A program made the position numbers and the translations under genes. A stretch of DNA of 49,832 nt. Origin: Candidatus Parcubacteria bacterium. GTDB lineage: Bacteria; Patescibacteriota; Saccharimonadia; UBA4664; JBIOIQ01. Below are positions 18,180-28,004 of this stretch, in pieces (the stretch's first letter is position 1; every line of letters starts with the position of its first letter). The stretch is from contig OY970378.1 in assembly GCA_963718875.1 (NCBI GenBank), forward strand, positions 820,433-870,264, written 5' to 3'. The notes under the pieces are model-generated. The model worked only from the letters and a program-made list of their open reading frames with translations, had not been told where the DNA came from and did no database searches.

Positions 18180-21100
18180 TTACCTACCGGTGGTCGTGAA
18201 CCCAAGGGTGCCTACATAGACATTGGCACTGCTTTTGGCCTTGACGTTTATCTTGAAAATGACGAAGGCATTAGCGGAAGAGGTGGTAAAGCCACAACTG
18301 GTTGCTTCATTGCCATTGATGCCGACGGTATCCCACTGGTTTGCAGAGGCCGATGCGACGGTAGTTGCCGTGCCACAAGCCGTTATAGCCCCACCTTCAT
18401 TTCTAAACATCTCATAGGTCACAGCACCGTTAGTTGTACTATCGGTACGAGCAGTCAGCTGCACGGTCTCGTCGCTGGCAAAGCCCTTAAAGCTGGCTGG
18501 CAACTGATACGTCACATAGATACTGTAGACCTGCTCGGTAGCTTGAGGCGAAGTCCACTTATAGAAGTTACGTGCTTGGCCGCTAGAGCAAAGCGCCGGA
18601 TTGATATTTAATCCACCGCCATTACCACAAAAATCAGCTGTCATCGTGCCTATACCCGTACCGTTTAAGACGGCCCCTGAAAATTCTGGATTGAGGTTAA
18701 CAATATTATCTGGAGCGGAGCCGCAAGCACCCCAGCCATCAGCTTCGTAGCACTGAATACGTCCACTAGTAGTGTCATAATACATAGAGCCCAAGTAAGC
18801 GTCATTGTTGGCAGCAATCGGCGCACTAGCGGCCCGGTCTAGGGTTAGGAGTGTGGATGGGCCACCTTTGTTGGCGCCACCAATCTGGACGTTAGAAGAA
18901 GCATTAGTATTAAGAGTCACTGTGAGCGCGTCTATAAATATGCTGCGGGCAGTCGCAGTCGGCTGATAGATGACCAAGTCCGGATCGGTAATGCCGGAGC
19001 TGGTAGAGGTAAAGATGCAGGTTATTTTAGTAAACACAGTAATAGAGACGGTTTGAGTGTTGTAGTCCGTACACAGTTGGGCCGTAACTGGGACAGTTGA
19101 ACCACCAGCGGGCAGGAACCCAACCGTCATATCGCTGAACGCCACGCTGGCCTTAGCGTAGAACGTCACCAGGTACTGAGTGCTGACTTGTGGTGTGATA
19201 AGCATGTTATTGCGAATACCTTCATTCGCATGGGCGGTCGTAACGGCCTTGGCTGAACCGCTGGTGTCATAGACGGTGGCCGTATCACGGGTGATAGTGG
19301 ATGTGCCCGCGCCGCCATCCGCATCAAATGTTGTCCAGTTAGTGGCAAAGTTAGTGGCATCGTCTACGCTACCATCAACCGCATGATTCACGTCAGCACT
19401 AACGGTAACACTCAAGTTATCGATGTAGTAGGTTCTCCCGGTACCATCAGTTTGGCGGATGAAGATGGAGTTAGCAGAGGTCATGCCGGAAGCCGGTGCT
19501 AGGAAGGTACAAGTAACTCTGGACCAGACGGCAGTTGTTACGGTATTTCCAGGATTGTACATGGCGTAGTTCTGGGCGGTAGCCACGGTTTGGCTGACAC
19601 TGGCAGTCAATGATGTAACACTGCCGAAAGCGGTGATGCGTGCCGTAGTGCCGTTGGCAAAAACAAAGATTTGACCCACCATGGCAGCAGTCCAGGTGGT
19701 GCCTACACCTGTGATTGTCGTGGTGCTCTGACTGGCAGTACCGGTACTGTAGGTTGGTGTGCCAGCCACACATTCGCGCATGGCAGTGCCGGAGGCAGTT
19801 CCATCAAACGAAAACATGGTGTCGAGCGAAGTAAAGCTGGCCGAAGCAGCTTTGACAGTATATGAGACAGCATATTTGAGGTTGGGAGTTAGTGTAGTCG
19901 TCAGCTGGTTCCTGGCACCGTGAGTAGTAGCAGTCGTAATAACTGATGTTGAGGCCTGGCCGGTGGCAATATTGGCAGCTGTCAGTTCACGGGCGACCGT
20001 ACCTCCACCAGGAGCGGCTGACCACGTATTGGCTGGGAAGGTTGTGCTCGAGCCGCCAGCTGTTTCTGCACCGCCGTTAGATGCGTACTCGTTGGCGTTG
20101 TTGTTGACGCTGAATAAATTGCTGCCAATGGAGGTTTGAGCTTCTAAGATGCCACCGATGATGGGGGTGGTGGCATTATTGCGCACGGTCAAGCCGTTGG
20201 AAGAAGCAGTATTATTAAGGATGATTTCGGCACCACCGGCAGCAGTTAACGTGCTGTCGTAAGCCGATTGCAAGGTGGTGGAGCTACTGGCACCGGCAGC
20301 TGTCCAGTCGCTGCCGTTCCAGATCAAGGTAGCCGTAGAGTTAGCCCGCATAGCAATGTTTATGAGTGTTCCGCCGGCATTTAGGGTCAGGGTAAAGTCG
20401 CTAGATCCGTTCGCGGCTGTAAAGTAGAATATCCGTCCAGCAGTTAAAATGATTGGATCGGCCATTGTAATGGTGATACCAACGGCTGTAGCCCCTACTA
20501 TTACTGCCGAAGTATTACTAACGGTTCCACCAGCAATCGTACAGTTAACGGCAGTGGTGGCTCCACAATTGGCGTCGGTTGTGGTGGTGGTAAATGAGGG
20601 CGTATCGACGATTACCAGACCTCTAACTCCAGTGCCTGTGCCAGTGCCTCCTGTAACCAACACATTGCCACCATTAGCATTGCCGGTACCGGCGGCATTA
20701 CCTCCCTGGATATTTAGTTGTCCGCCGGCAAACGGACTGGCGCCGGTGCCGGCGTTGCCGGCTGCAACCGTGAGATTATTACCAGCCGCATTGGCAGTAT
20801 TAGCCTCTAGCTTGATTGTGCGAGCAGCATTGCCACCAAATGATAAGTCGGATGTAGGGGCAGTGGTGCCGATACCAACATTCCCGCCTAGGAAGACGGC
20901 AGTGTAATTATTGGTGGCGCCGGTTTGGGCGTTAACGGTTAGGCCGTAGGAGTTGGTGGCCGTAGAGGTTGCACCCGACTGGATGAGGAGGGCGTGGGTG
21001 TTGGTGATGGCAACGTTGCTGCCCTTGACCGGAGCACCGGTGATGGCCTGGGTGGCGGCATCGGTGATGGTGAGCGTACCGGTGGTGGCGGCGTAGATTG

Positions 21101-24100
21101 GGGCTTGAACAACCAAGGCGCGTTCAGCGGCAAAGCTTGTGGCAGCTCCACCAGTGAATGTGACGGTGCGGGCTAGGTTGAGGTTGGCGTCGATGGCTTC
21201 GGCGTTGGTGAGGCCGGTGTGGGCTGGGCCGGCTAGAGAAAATATGGTTGGGGAACCAGAACTGGCTGCCAACGGGTTAAATGTGGCGAAGCCTGTACTT
21301 CCAAGAGTTGCAACTGCCGTAGCATTGCTTTTAAATACGACAATGTTGCCACTGGAGGTCGAGTTTGAAACGTTGAGAGCATCTCCGCTGGTAGCCCCGG
21401 TCAGACTGGTGAGAGCGCTGGTAACAGTGAGGGTTTTGGCTGCACCAATAGTGGTGTTTTGATTAAGATTGATTTGATTGGCATTAGTAGTACCAATATT
21501 CAAGGCTGTGGCCGAAGCGGCTGCGTCTAGTAACGGGGTTAAGAAGCTAGTATTGGCTTCGCCGCTGCCACTTATCCGAAAGTTGGCAGTTTGATTGGTT
21601 GAATTTTGGTTGAGTATGGAACTGTCGTCGGCTCCGGCATAGGTCCAGCTCGCTCCCCCATTGGCATTACTCCATACCAGTGTGGCGGTAGCGCCAGGGT
21701 TAAGTGCAGCTGTTAGTAGTGAGTTGGTGAAGGTGAAGCTGACAGAACCAATGTTTGAAACATAAACAACCCTACCATAGGTAGTGTTAGCAGTCGGTGT
21801 CGGGATAGTTAAGGCTTGGGAAGCAGTAGTTTGAGCCACGGAAATACCTGTGTATTTATCTACTGTGTTGGCGGCTGTGCCAATGGAGCCGCCGGTGGCA
21901 AAGTCGGTCAAAGCAAGGGTGGAGTTGACGGTGGCGCCATTGTTGGTCAGAAGGGTGCCTGAGCCGGCCGAGGTGCCGAGAGTCGTACTGGCACCAACCT
22001 GTAGACTATCTGCAATGGTAGTCTTGGTGCCGGAAGCGTCAATAGTTAGGTTGCCAGAGCTATCAGTCTGCAAATCGGTGTATATACTGTTATCGCTGTA
22101 GGTCAGGCGGAGTTGAGCGGCGGTGCTGTCCAGTACATCCAGTTTTTTGCGGGGGGTAGGTGTAGCAATACCGACGGAGCCAGTCGCCGTATCTTGCAAT
22201 ATTAAAACACCATTACCTTTAGCATTTATTTTAAGATCACTATTTGCGTTAGAACCAATTTTACGAATTTCACCGTATCCAATACCTATGCCCTGCGTTA
22301 AATTATTCGCAAGGAAACTGCCTATATTAGTAGAGGAGCTACTGTCAGCGCTAACAACAGTCAATTTTTCTCCTGGGCTGCTGGTGCCAATCCCCACGTT
22401 GCCACCAGCAGCTTGCAGTGAAATATTACCAATAGATCCAGCCGTACCACTCCCACCAGTTCCAGCTGCTCCACCCTGGAGCGATATTAGCCCACCGCTT
22501 GAGTTGTTGCCGCTTCCAGTTGCATTGCCACCAGCTCCACTGGTGAGACTGATGGTACCGGCAGCGGCACCATTGCGGTTGCCGGTACTTGAGTTAGTGC
22601 CACCAGCCCCAGAGAGGAAGCTGAGGTTCCCTCCAGTTCCGGCTAAAGCGGTGTTAGCTGTAGCGTCGGTAGCGTTACCTCCGGCTCCAGCGGTGATGTC
22701 GGAGTTAGAGCCATCTCCGGCTGTGGTAGTAGTGCCACTGGTGTTACCGCCCTTACCGCCTGTGACCTGGAGGACTTGAGTGGCGGCGGTACCGGCGCCG
22801 GCTAGGGAGACAGGTTGGGGGGTGACGACATGGAGGGAGGAAGTGGGGCCGATGATGCCGATACCAACGTTAGCTCCTTTGACAGTCAGGGTTTCAGTGA
22901 AACCGACGCTATTACCGTAGCCAATGCCAACTCTTGCAGTAGCGTCGTTCGCATAGATTTGGAGTAGGCCGGACTGGATGCCGAAGCCGAAGTTGTTACC
23001 GCTTGTATCATAGAGATTAACCTTATTGCCTGTAGTTCCGCCAAAGCTAAGCGGATAGGTAGGGGCGGTTGCACCGGTACCAATGCCGACGTTGCCACCT
23101 GAAGTAACGGCGAAAAGAGGCGTACCGCCAGAAGTCTGGATTTGGAAAGGGTCACCAGTTTGAGAAGCACCTGCTTGTAAGACTAAGTTCTTGCCGGTAC
23201 CGCTGGTGGCGGCAATAAATGTAGTGGCATTGAAGTCACTAGTAGTTCCAGCGCCTAACTGCAAGAGGTTGTATAAAGCCGTTGGAGCAACGCTTATACC
23301 AACTTTTTGAGTGACTGAGTTGACCGTAAGAACTGGTGTGCCGGCACCGCCAGGACTCGAGATGCTCAAGGCAATTTGGCCATCGGTAGGCTCAATCTGG
23401 AGGGCACTGCGAAAGACTGGAAGTTGAATGCTGCCGTCAGAGTAAGCACTTGGGTTGGAGCTAACTTCAATTTGGACACCATCAATGTTGACGGTTCTGG
23501 CAACCGCGTCAGTGTTTTTAATGAAGAGATAAGGTGTGCCAGTGATGCCAGCAGGGGTAAAGGTAAGGTAATGCCGATTCCATTGAGTAGAAGCGAACTG
23601 ACCAGTTAAAGCATAGGTGGTTTCGTTGACTCCATTATAGGAGTATCCTAGGGCCAAGCTACTGACTCCATTGGTACCTTTAGCGTAGAAGCTAAAGGTG
23701 TACTGGGTACCATTAGTCAGGGTTATTGGGTAGTTAACACCAGCGTCGGCAGTAGCAGTATTAGTACACTTAGCACTCGCCATACCAAATACTCTCGTGC
23801 TAGTGTCTTGAACTAGTGTACAGCCAGAACGGGCCGTCCAGCCGCTGGTGTTATTCTCGAAGCTAGGATTATTGAGACCAAGTGTAGCATTAGAACTTGT
23901 AGTGTCAACCAGAATTGCTGCTGTGTCGTTAGCATTTTGGATTTGGAATGCAGACGTAGAGTTGGTGGTGGTTTTAATTGTTATATTGCCCGTATTGCCT
24001 AAGCTGAATACATCTATTCCCCCTTTTTGGAATTCAACGATGTTACCGCTAGCGCCAGTTTTGTTGACGAAAATGCTGTTGTTGGTTGAGCTGTCGACTT

Positions 24101-25253
24101 GCACGCTGGAGGGGGCCAGTTGGACATAGCCATTGCCTGTGCTTGGAGCATAACCAGCACAAACTGCCGTGGTAGTACACACCCGAGCTACAGAGCCAGC
24201 CTCGATGACCTTTAATTGGTCTTGGGTGGAATTGTAGAATAGTCCCCCATTTCGAGTGGCTAGGCTAGTGGTGGGATCGGCCGTAGTAGAGTCTACCTGC
24301 AAAATAGTCGTATCGGTATCGGTGCCAGTTGAGTCGCCAATTTTGATTATGTTATTGGTGGTATTAGCAGTAAAGAGAGTGTGTGATGCTGTGGCAGATT
24401 GAATTCTAAACCCAGCAGTAGTGTCGGTTTGGTTTTTAAAGACCGCTGACCCGTCGTTAGCAATCAAGGCCACATCTACTCCTCCGCGCTGGAGTTGCAA
24501 GATATTGGCAGTAGCACCGGTTTTATTTATGGCGATCGAAGCGTTAGATGTAGAGCCATCAGCTTGCAAGCCTTGGCCTAGTTGCACAAACTGGGAGCTG
24601 GTTAGGCCGCCAAGTTTACCGGAATTTAGAGCATAGGGGTTGGCGGCTAGACGTTTGAATGGGGTCATTTCCCCGTCGCCACCGGCAGAAGCAAAGTCGG
24701 CAGGTGAAGCTGTATTACCAATGTTGAGCGATAACCACAAGGTGTCTTGGTTAAAGTCAACCGCGGTGCCGAGGGTAGTATTGACAGACCCTAGTTGGAC
24801 TGAGAAATAACCGTTTTTGACCGTTACTCCTTGAGAGTTGACGTTTAACCAGTCCTCGGTCCACTTGAGGGTGCCACCACAAGGTGCACTGCCAGAACTA
24901 ACGCAGCCATTACCATCCTGGTAAATCTTAAACTCAATGTTGTAGTTGCCGTCCGGTACGGTAGCCCCTTGGGCGTTTTGGAGCCGTGCTTGGAAATTAA
25001 TTTGAGAATTTATACCAGTGGCGGCTTGAGCTTGGGGCAAATTCCAAGATGCAAGAGACAAGATACAAGCAAAACCAAAAGTCCAAACTCCAATGCTCAA
25101 ACCCTTGGCGTTTGAAGTTTTGTGCTTTAAAATTGTTTGCTTCCTGCAAAAAAACGCCGTTTTTTGAAGACGCCAAAATGATGTTGCTAAAATAGGAGCG
25201 AGCAAGTTCGACAGATAAAACCATCGAATTCGCACTGGTCGATTAACTCCCAT
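18180..25253 (-). CDS. Giant secreted fibre/adhesin-like protein with tail-fibre-like Gly-rich segments and three CBM4_9-like modules
   Basis: 2357-aa ORF with an N-terminal hydrophobic signal region. CBM-like modules begin NNPSFENNTSGW..., ...FPANTWSAAPGG... and ...NFATNWTTFDADGG..., each ending in (I/Y)IDxxx(V/I). The start codon is uncertain. Confidence 0.85.
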   Translation of the reverse strand: MGVNRPVRIRWFYLSNLLAPILATSFWRLQKTAFFCRKQTILKHKTSNAKGLSIGVWTFGFACILSLASWNLPQAQAATGINSQINFQARLQNAQGATVPDGNYNIEFKIYQDGNGCVSSGSAPCGGTLKWTEDWLNVNSQGVTVKNGYFSVQLGSVNTTLGTAVDFNQDTLWLSLNIGNTASPADFASAGGDGEMTPFKRLAANPYALNSGKLGGLTSSQFVQLGQGLQADGSTSNASIAINKTGATANILQLQRGGVDVALIANDGSAVFKNQTDTTAGFRIQSATASHTLFTANTTNNIIKIGDSTGTDTDTTILQVDSTTADPTTSLATRNGGLFYNSTQDQLKVIEAGSVARVCTTTAVCAGYAPSTGNGYVQLAPSSVQVDSSTNNSIFVNKTGASGNIVEFQKGGIDVFSLGNTGNITIKTTTNSTSAFQIQNANDTAAILVDTTSSNATLGLNNPSFENNTSGWTARSGCTLVQDTSTRVFGMASAKCTNTATADAGVNYPITLTNGTQYTFSFYAKGTNGVSSLALGYSYNGVNETTYALTGQFASTQWNRHYLTFTPAGITGTPYLFIKNTDAVARTVNIDGVQIEVSSNPSAYSDGSIQLPVFRSALQIEPTDGQIALSISSPGGAGTPVLTVNSVTQKVGISVAPTALYNLLQLGAGTTSDFNATTFIAATSGTGKNLVLQAGASQTGDPFQIQTSGGTPLFAVTSGGNVGIGTGATAPTYPLSFGGTTGNKVNLYDTSGNNFGFGIQSGLLQIYANDATARVGIGYGNSVGFTETLTVKGANVGIGIIGPTSSLHVVTPQPVSLAGAGTAATQVLQVTGGKGGNTSGTTTTAGDGSNSDITAGAGGNATDATANTALAGTGGNLSFLSGAGGTNSSTGNRNGAAAGTISLTSGAGGNATGSGNNSSGGLISLQGGAAGTGGSGTAGSIGNISLQAAGGNVGIGTSSPGEKLTVVSADSSSSTNIGSFLANNLTQGIGIGYGEIRKIGSNANSDLKINAKGNGVLILQDTATGSVGIATPTPRKKLDVLDSTAAQLRLTYSDNSIYTDLQTDSSGNLTIDASGTKTTIADSLQVGASTTLGTSAGSGTLLTNNGATVNSTLALTDFATGGSIGTAANTVDKYTGISVAQTTASQALTIPTPTANTTYGRVVYVSNIGSVSFTFTNSLLTAALNPGATATLVWSNANGGASWTYAGADDSSILNQNSTNQTANFRISGSGEANTSFLTPLLDAAASATALNIGTTNANQINLNQNTTIGAAKTLTVTSALTSLTGATSGDALNVSNSTSSGNIVVFKSNATAVATLGSTGFATFNPLAASSGSPTIFSLAGPAHTGLTNAEAIDANLNLARTVTFTGGAATSFAAERALVVQAPIYAATTGTLTITDAATQAITGAPVKGSNVAITNTHALLIQSGATSTATNSYGLTVNAQTGATNNYTAVFLGGNVGIGTTAPTSDLSFGGNAARTIKLEANTANAAGNNLTVAAGNAGTGASPFAGGQLNIQGGNAAGTGNANGGNVLVTGGTGTGTGVRGLVIVDTPSFTTTTTDANCGATTAVNCTIAGGTVSNTSAVIVGATAVGITITMADPIILTAGRIFYFTAANGSSDFTLTLNAGGTLINIAMRANSTATLIWNGSDWTAAGASSSTTLQSAYDSTLTAAGGAEIILNNTASSNGLTVRNNATTPIIGGILEAQTSIGSNLFSVNNNANEYASNGGAETAGGSSTTFPANTWSAAPGGGTVARELTAANIATGQASTSVITTATTHGARNQLTTTLTPNLKYAVSYTVKAASASFTSLDTMFSFDGTASGTAMRECVAGTPTYSTGTASQSTTTITGVGTTWTAAMVGQIFVFANGTTARITAFGSVTSLTASVSQTVATAQNYAMYNPGNTVTTAVWSRVTCTFLAPASGMTSANSIFIRQTDGTGRTYYIDNLSVTVSADVNHAVDGSVDDATNFATNWTTFDADGGAGTSTITRDTATVYDTSGSAKAVTTAHANEGIRNNMLITPQVSTQYLVTFYAKASVAFSDMTVGFLPAGGSTVPVTAQLCTDYNTQTVSITVFTKITCIFTSTSSGITDPDLVIYQPTATARSIFIDALTVTLNTNASSNVQIGGANKGGPSTLLTLDRAASAPIAANNDAYLGSMYYDTTSGRIQCYEADGWGACGSAPDNIVNLNPEFSGAVLNGTGIGTMTADFCGNGGGLNINPALCSSGQARNFYKWTSPQATEQVYSIYVTYQLPASFKGFASDETVQLTARTDSTTNGAVTYEMFRNEGGAITACGTATTVASASANQWDTVGINGNEATSCGFTTSSANAFVIFKINVKAKSSANVYVGTLGFTTTGR

Positions 25254-25451
25254 TCACCACAACATTTACGAGTTCAATTATAGCATTATGCTTATGCTAA
25301 AATCAAGGTGCTAATGTTTAAAAAAGCAGCTTAGAATGATTAATTAACTTTTTTTTAAAAGAGTACTTGATTAAGGTAATAATTCAGCTCGAAAGGTTAA
25401 TTGCAAGCCACTGAATTTTAAGTTTACACCACTTTGCTCGGTTGGTTTAAG

Positions 25452-26126
25452 CTACGATAAGGTTACTGATTTCCAAGTTCCGCCAATTCGAACATATAAG
25501 CTTGAATTTGAAGTGTCGATTACCAAAGTTCCGTCTTCTGGTGTGGTGGCAAAATCACCGTCTGTTGGTACGCCGGCTTTCGTTTTAGTAGTAAGGCCAT
25601 CTGTCGCTACAAAACGATCATCCGTTTTTAGTTGATTCGCACCGCCGCGATAGAGCGTTGTATCGCCAGCATAGTCAGCAATTAAAGGATCACACCAGAC
25701 TAACATTCCATCAGATGTGCGTCGAAAGCGCAACCCTGACTGCCCCTCTATCCCCGTCACTTCAATGTTTTGTCCGCTAGCTGCAGCGCTGTATTCCATT
25801 GGATGTGTGCGTCTCTGACGCACCATGTTTTCTTCGACGTTCGTCCCCCCGCTTTGGTTACGGAAACGTTGGGTAACACTTTGATATGTATAAGAACCGA
25901 CTTCGACGGTATGGCCATCTGAAAGCTTCCACAAGCAATCATAGTCGGCTAAGGCGCATTCATCGACGAAAGTCCTATAACCATCATCAATAGCGTCAAT
26001 AAAGTACCCGTGCCCAGATGTTCCCGTAGCCCACACCCCGTTCAAATGCAGATTAGAAGGGGCGGCTTCCCACGTTATCAACCCGTATGCGGACAGCGGA
26101 CGTATGCTCTCCGACGCCCGTACCAC
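25452..26126 (-). CDS. C-terminal fragment of the tailspike-like protein (different frame from the upstream ORF)
   Basis: 224-aa ORF (GTG in the track) overlapping the 554-aa ORF by 74 nt in the +1 frame. It ends with a tail-fibre-like DGTLVIDTSNSSLYVRIGGTWKSV. Confidence 0.5.
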   Translation of the reverse strand: MVRASESIRPLSAYGLITWEAAPSNLHLNGVWATGTSGHGYFIDAIDDGYRTFVDECALADYDCLWKLSDGHTVEVGSYTYQSVTQRFRNQSGGTNVEENMVRQRRTHPMEYSAAASGQNIEVTGIEGQSGLRFRRTSDGMLVWCDPLIADYAGDTTLYRGGANQLKTDDRFVATDGLTTKTKAGVPTDGDFATTPEDGTLVIDTSNSSLYVRIGGTWKSVTLS

Positions 26127-27717
26127 TGTTAGCTAGGTGCATGCCGTAGATGTAGTTTTGGTCCCCTGCTCCGTAATGTATGTGTGCCTCAGGTGCTGCA
26201 CCGACAAATTGCCATTCTATTATTCCGCCAAAAAACTTATTATCCGTTGGTCCAGTATAGCCAGCATAGATCGCAGTAGCCGTAAATCGTACACCGATGT
26301 TGCAACCTGATATTTCAAGACCATAGAAACAATTTCCGCCAGCACCATAGTCAAGCCTTACCCCATCTCCCGTACAATCGTAGACTGAGATATTATTAAA
26401 ACGACTGTTCTGAAGCTGATCTATTACTAGGCCATTTACACAGTTCATAATAAATATGTCGTGAAATGTTCTTTGAGCCCCAAGTCCCACATGCAAGCCT
26501 ATGCTTGGAAAGACAGTTGGTGCAGCAAGAGTTGCAGTGCCTTTGATTCTAAAGTTACCACTGCTGCCGCCATATAAGCCCGTTACAGCATTACCGCCAA
26601 CCTGACTAAAGGTAATTTTGGCACTGGCTCCCTCCAGTATCAAAGTACTAGCAAATGATCCCGCGCCTTCCATATCAAGCGATTTATCGCCAGCAGGGGG
26701 AAAATATACATTACCCGTAATTCGATACTCTCCCGGTGGTACAAATAAAGTACCACCGGTAGCTGTCGCTGCAATAGCCGTAATGCAATTATTGAAGGCC
26801 GCTGTGTCATCGGTAGTGCCATTACCCACCGCGCCATAGTCTTTTACGTTAAAGTAGAGCGTGTCTTTAGCCACTTTTGCAGCCAGGTCCGTCGTAAGGT
26901 TGGCTACTTTGGATTGCGCTATATTGGCGCTGGCAGAAACTTTAGCATCTGTTATTGCCAAATTGGCTACCGTCGGGCTAGCAGCCGTACCAGATAAATC
27001 TCCCGACAACTGCAACTTGCCTTTAGTGGTAGCGTCGGCGTCTGGAGTCGAGCCAGATCCGACTACGCCGTCCACGTATAACTTGTTGGCTGCTTCTGTG
27101 TCAGCGGACGGAGTTGGCACAAGTGGTGCCGATGAAAAGGTTTTAACTCCGGCAATGGTTTCTGCCCCAGTGTTGTGAACTGCAGCCGAGTCGGTCGCTT
27201 TTGCAGCCAGGTCTGATGTAAGATTAGTGACTTTGGACTCAGAGATAGTGCTAACGTCAGCATCTACAATGCTTAAGGCGGCTAGCTTACTTTTAGCAAT
27301 CGCTGCACTACCACTAATATTGGCATCGGTTATGGTAGTATTTGCAATTTTAGAGCCGGTCACTGCACCCGCTGCAATGGTTGGCGCCGCTGCTGTACCT
27401 CCAAGGTCCCCCGCTAGCTGAATAATTCCTTTAGAGATAGTTGTGGCGTCCGGCGCACCGCTTGAAGCTGCCGTATCTACATACTGCTTGGTGGCTGCCT
27501 GGAGAGGCCCACTGGGATCACTCGACAAAGTTACGCTGCCAGAAAAGGTCGGGTTGGCTATAGGGGCTTTACTACCAAGATCAGCGGTTAGATTTGTAAC
27601 CTTACTTTGGGGTAGGGGTTTCTGTGTCCCGTCAGCATTATGCTCAACTGTGAGAAAATCATTAAGAATATCTCCCCAGGTACCATCATCGCTACCGGGG
27701 GTTGGGAGACGGGTCAT
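26053..27717 (-). CDS. Tail-fibre/tailspike-like protein with a pectate-lyase-superfamily right-handed beta-helix
   Basis: 554 aa. N-terminal PTPGSDDGTWGDILNDFL and NPTFSGSVTL...AATKQYVD tail-fibre-type motifs. NVKDYGAVGNGTTDDTAAF...GGTLFVPPGEYRI is the typical beta-helix depolymerase signature. No signal peptide. Confidence 0.75.
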   Translation of the reverse strand: MTRLPTPGSDDGTWGDILNDFLTVEHNADGTQKPLPQSKVTNLTADLGSKAPIANPTFSGSVTLSSDPSGPLQAATKQYVDTAASSGAPDATTISKGIIQLAGDLGGTAAAPTIAAGAVTGSKIANTTITDANISGSAAIAKSKLAALSIVDADVSTISESKVTNLTSDLAAKATDSAAVHNTGAETIAGVKTFSSAPLVPTPSADTEAANKLYVDGVVGSGSTPDADATTKGKLQLSGDLSGTAASPTVANLAITDAKVSASANIAQSKVANLTTDLAAKVAKDTLYFNVKDYGAVGNGTTDDTAAFNNCITAIAATATGGTLFVPPGEYRITGNVYFPPAGDKSLDMEGAGSFASTLILEGASAKITFSQVGGNAVTGLYGGSSGNFRIKGTATLAAPTVFPSIGLHVGLGAQRTFHDIFIMNCVNGLVIDQLQNSRFNNISVYDCTGDGVRLDYGAGGNCFYGLEISGCNIGVRFTATAIYAGYTGPTDNKFFGGIIEWQFVGAAPEAHIHYGAGDQNYIYGMHLANSGTGVGEHTSAVRIRVDNVGSRPF

Positions 27718-27939
27718 TTAGCCAAGTCTCCTCTGGATTTTTCCAAGCTTTCGCTCTCCTCCGCCATAACTACTACCCCCATAACCAGACGAAGATTTTT
27801 TAGTCTGAGACCCTGTTAAGGCTTTGATAATACTTGTCACTCCGATAATACCTAGTCCGGCAGCACCAACATGTGCCAAAAATTCACGACGATCTACTTC
27901 TTTACTAAGTAGTTGATCAAACGGTTGACGTATGTCCAC
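27718..27939 (-). CDS. Miniprotein that is essentially only a twin-arginine (Tat) signal peptide plus a Gly/Ser/Tyr tail
   Basis: 73 aa. VDRREFLAHVGAAGLGIIGVTSIIKA fits S/T-R-R-x-F-L + h-region + AxA-like site. Its TAA directly abuts the ATG of the next ORF (TAAATG). Confidence 0.6.
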   Translation of the reverse strand: MDIRQPFDQLLSKEVDRREFLAHVGAAGLGIIGVTSIIKALTGSQTKKSSSGYGGSSYGGGERKLGKIQRRLG

Positions 27940-28004
27940 GTACTTAAAACCTCACTTATAGTTCTTATGGTTTAGTGTAACTAACTTCCTTAATTGAGTC
28001 AACG

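Noticed and set aside
20449-22779. Long plus-strand ORFs inside the giant minus-strand genes (for example 20449-20907, 21139-21462, 22123-22779, and similarly 7946-8344, 11666-12136, 48186-48869, 48915-49391)
   Set aside because: They are antisense shadows of Gly/Thr/Ala-rich coding repeats. Their translations are Pro/Val/Ala/Leu-rich low complexity with no motifs, and each is fully contained in a much longer, motif-bearing ORF on the other strand.
27718-27720. Programmed read-through of the TAA joining the Tat-signal ORF to the 554-aa ORF
   Set aside because: The downstream ORF has its own ATG at the position where this protein family normally begins, plus a GAGGAG upstream. Same-frame adjacency has a one-in-three chance expectation, and I see no read-through context signal. 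It is kept only as a caveat within the Tat finding.
25452-27939. Prophage or phage remnant, because of the tail-fibre/tailspike-like protein
   Set aside because: No capsid, terminase, portal, integrase or lysis genes occur nearby, and the neighbours are tatAC and cellular surface-protein genes. A domesticated or independently evolved fibre gene is more likely. This cannot be excluded without the wider genome.
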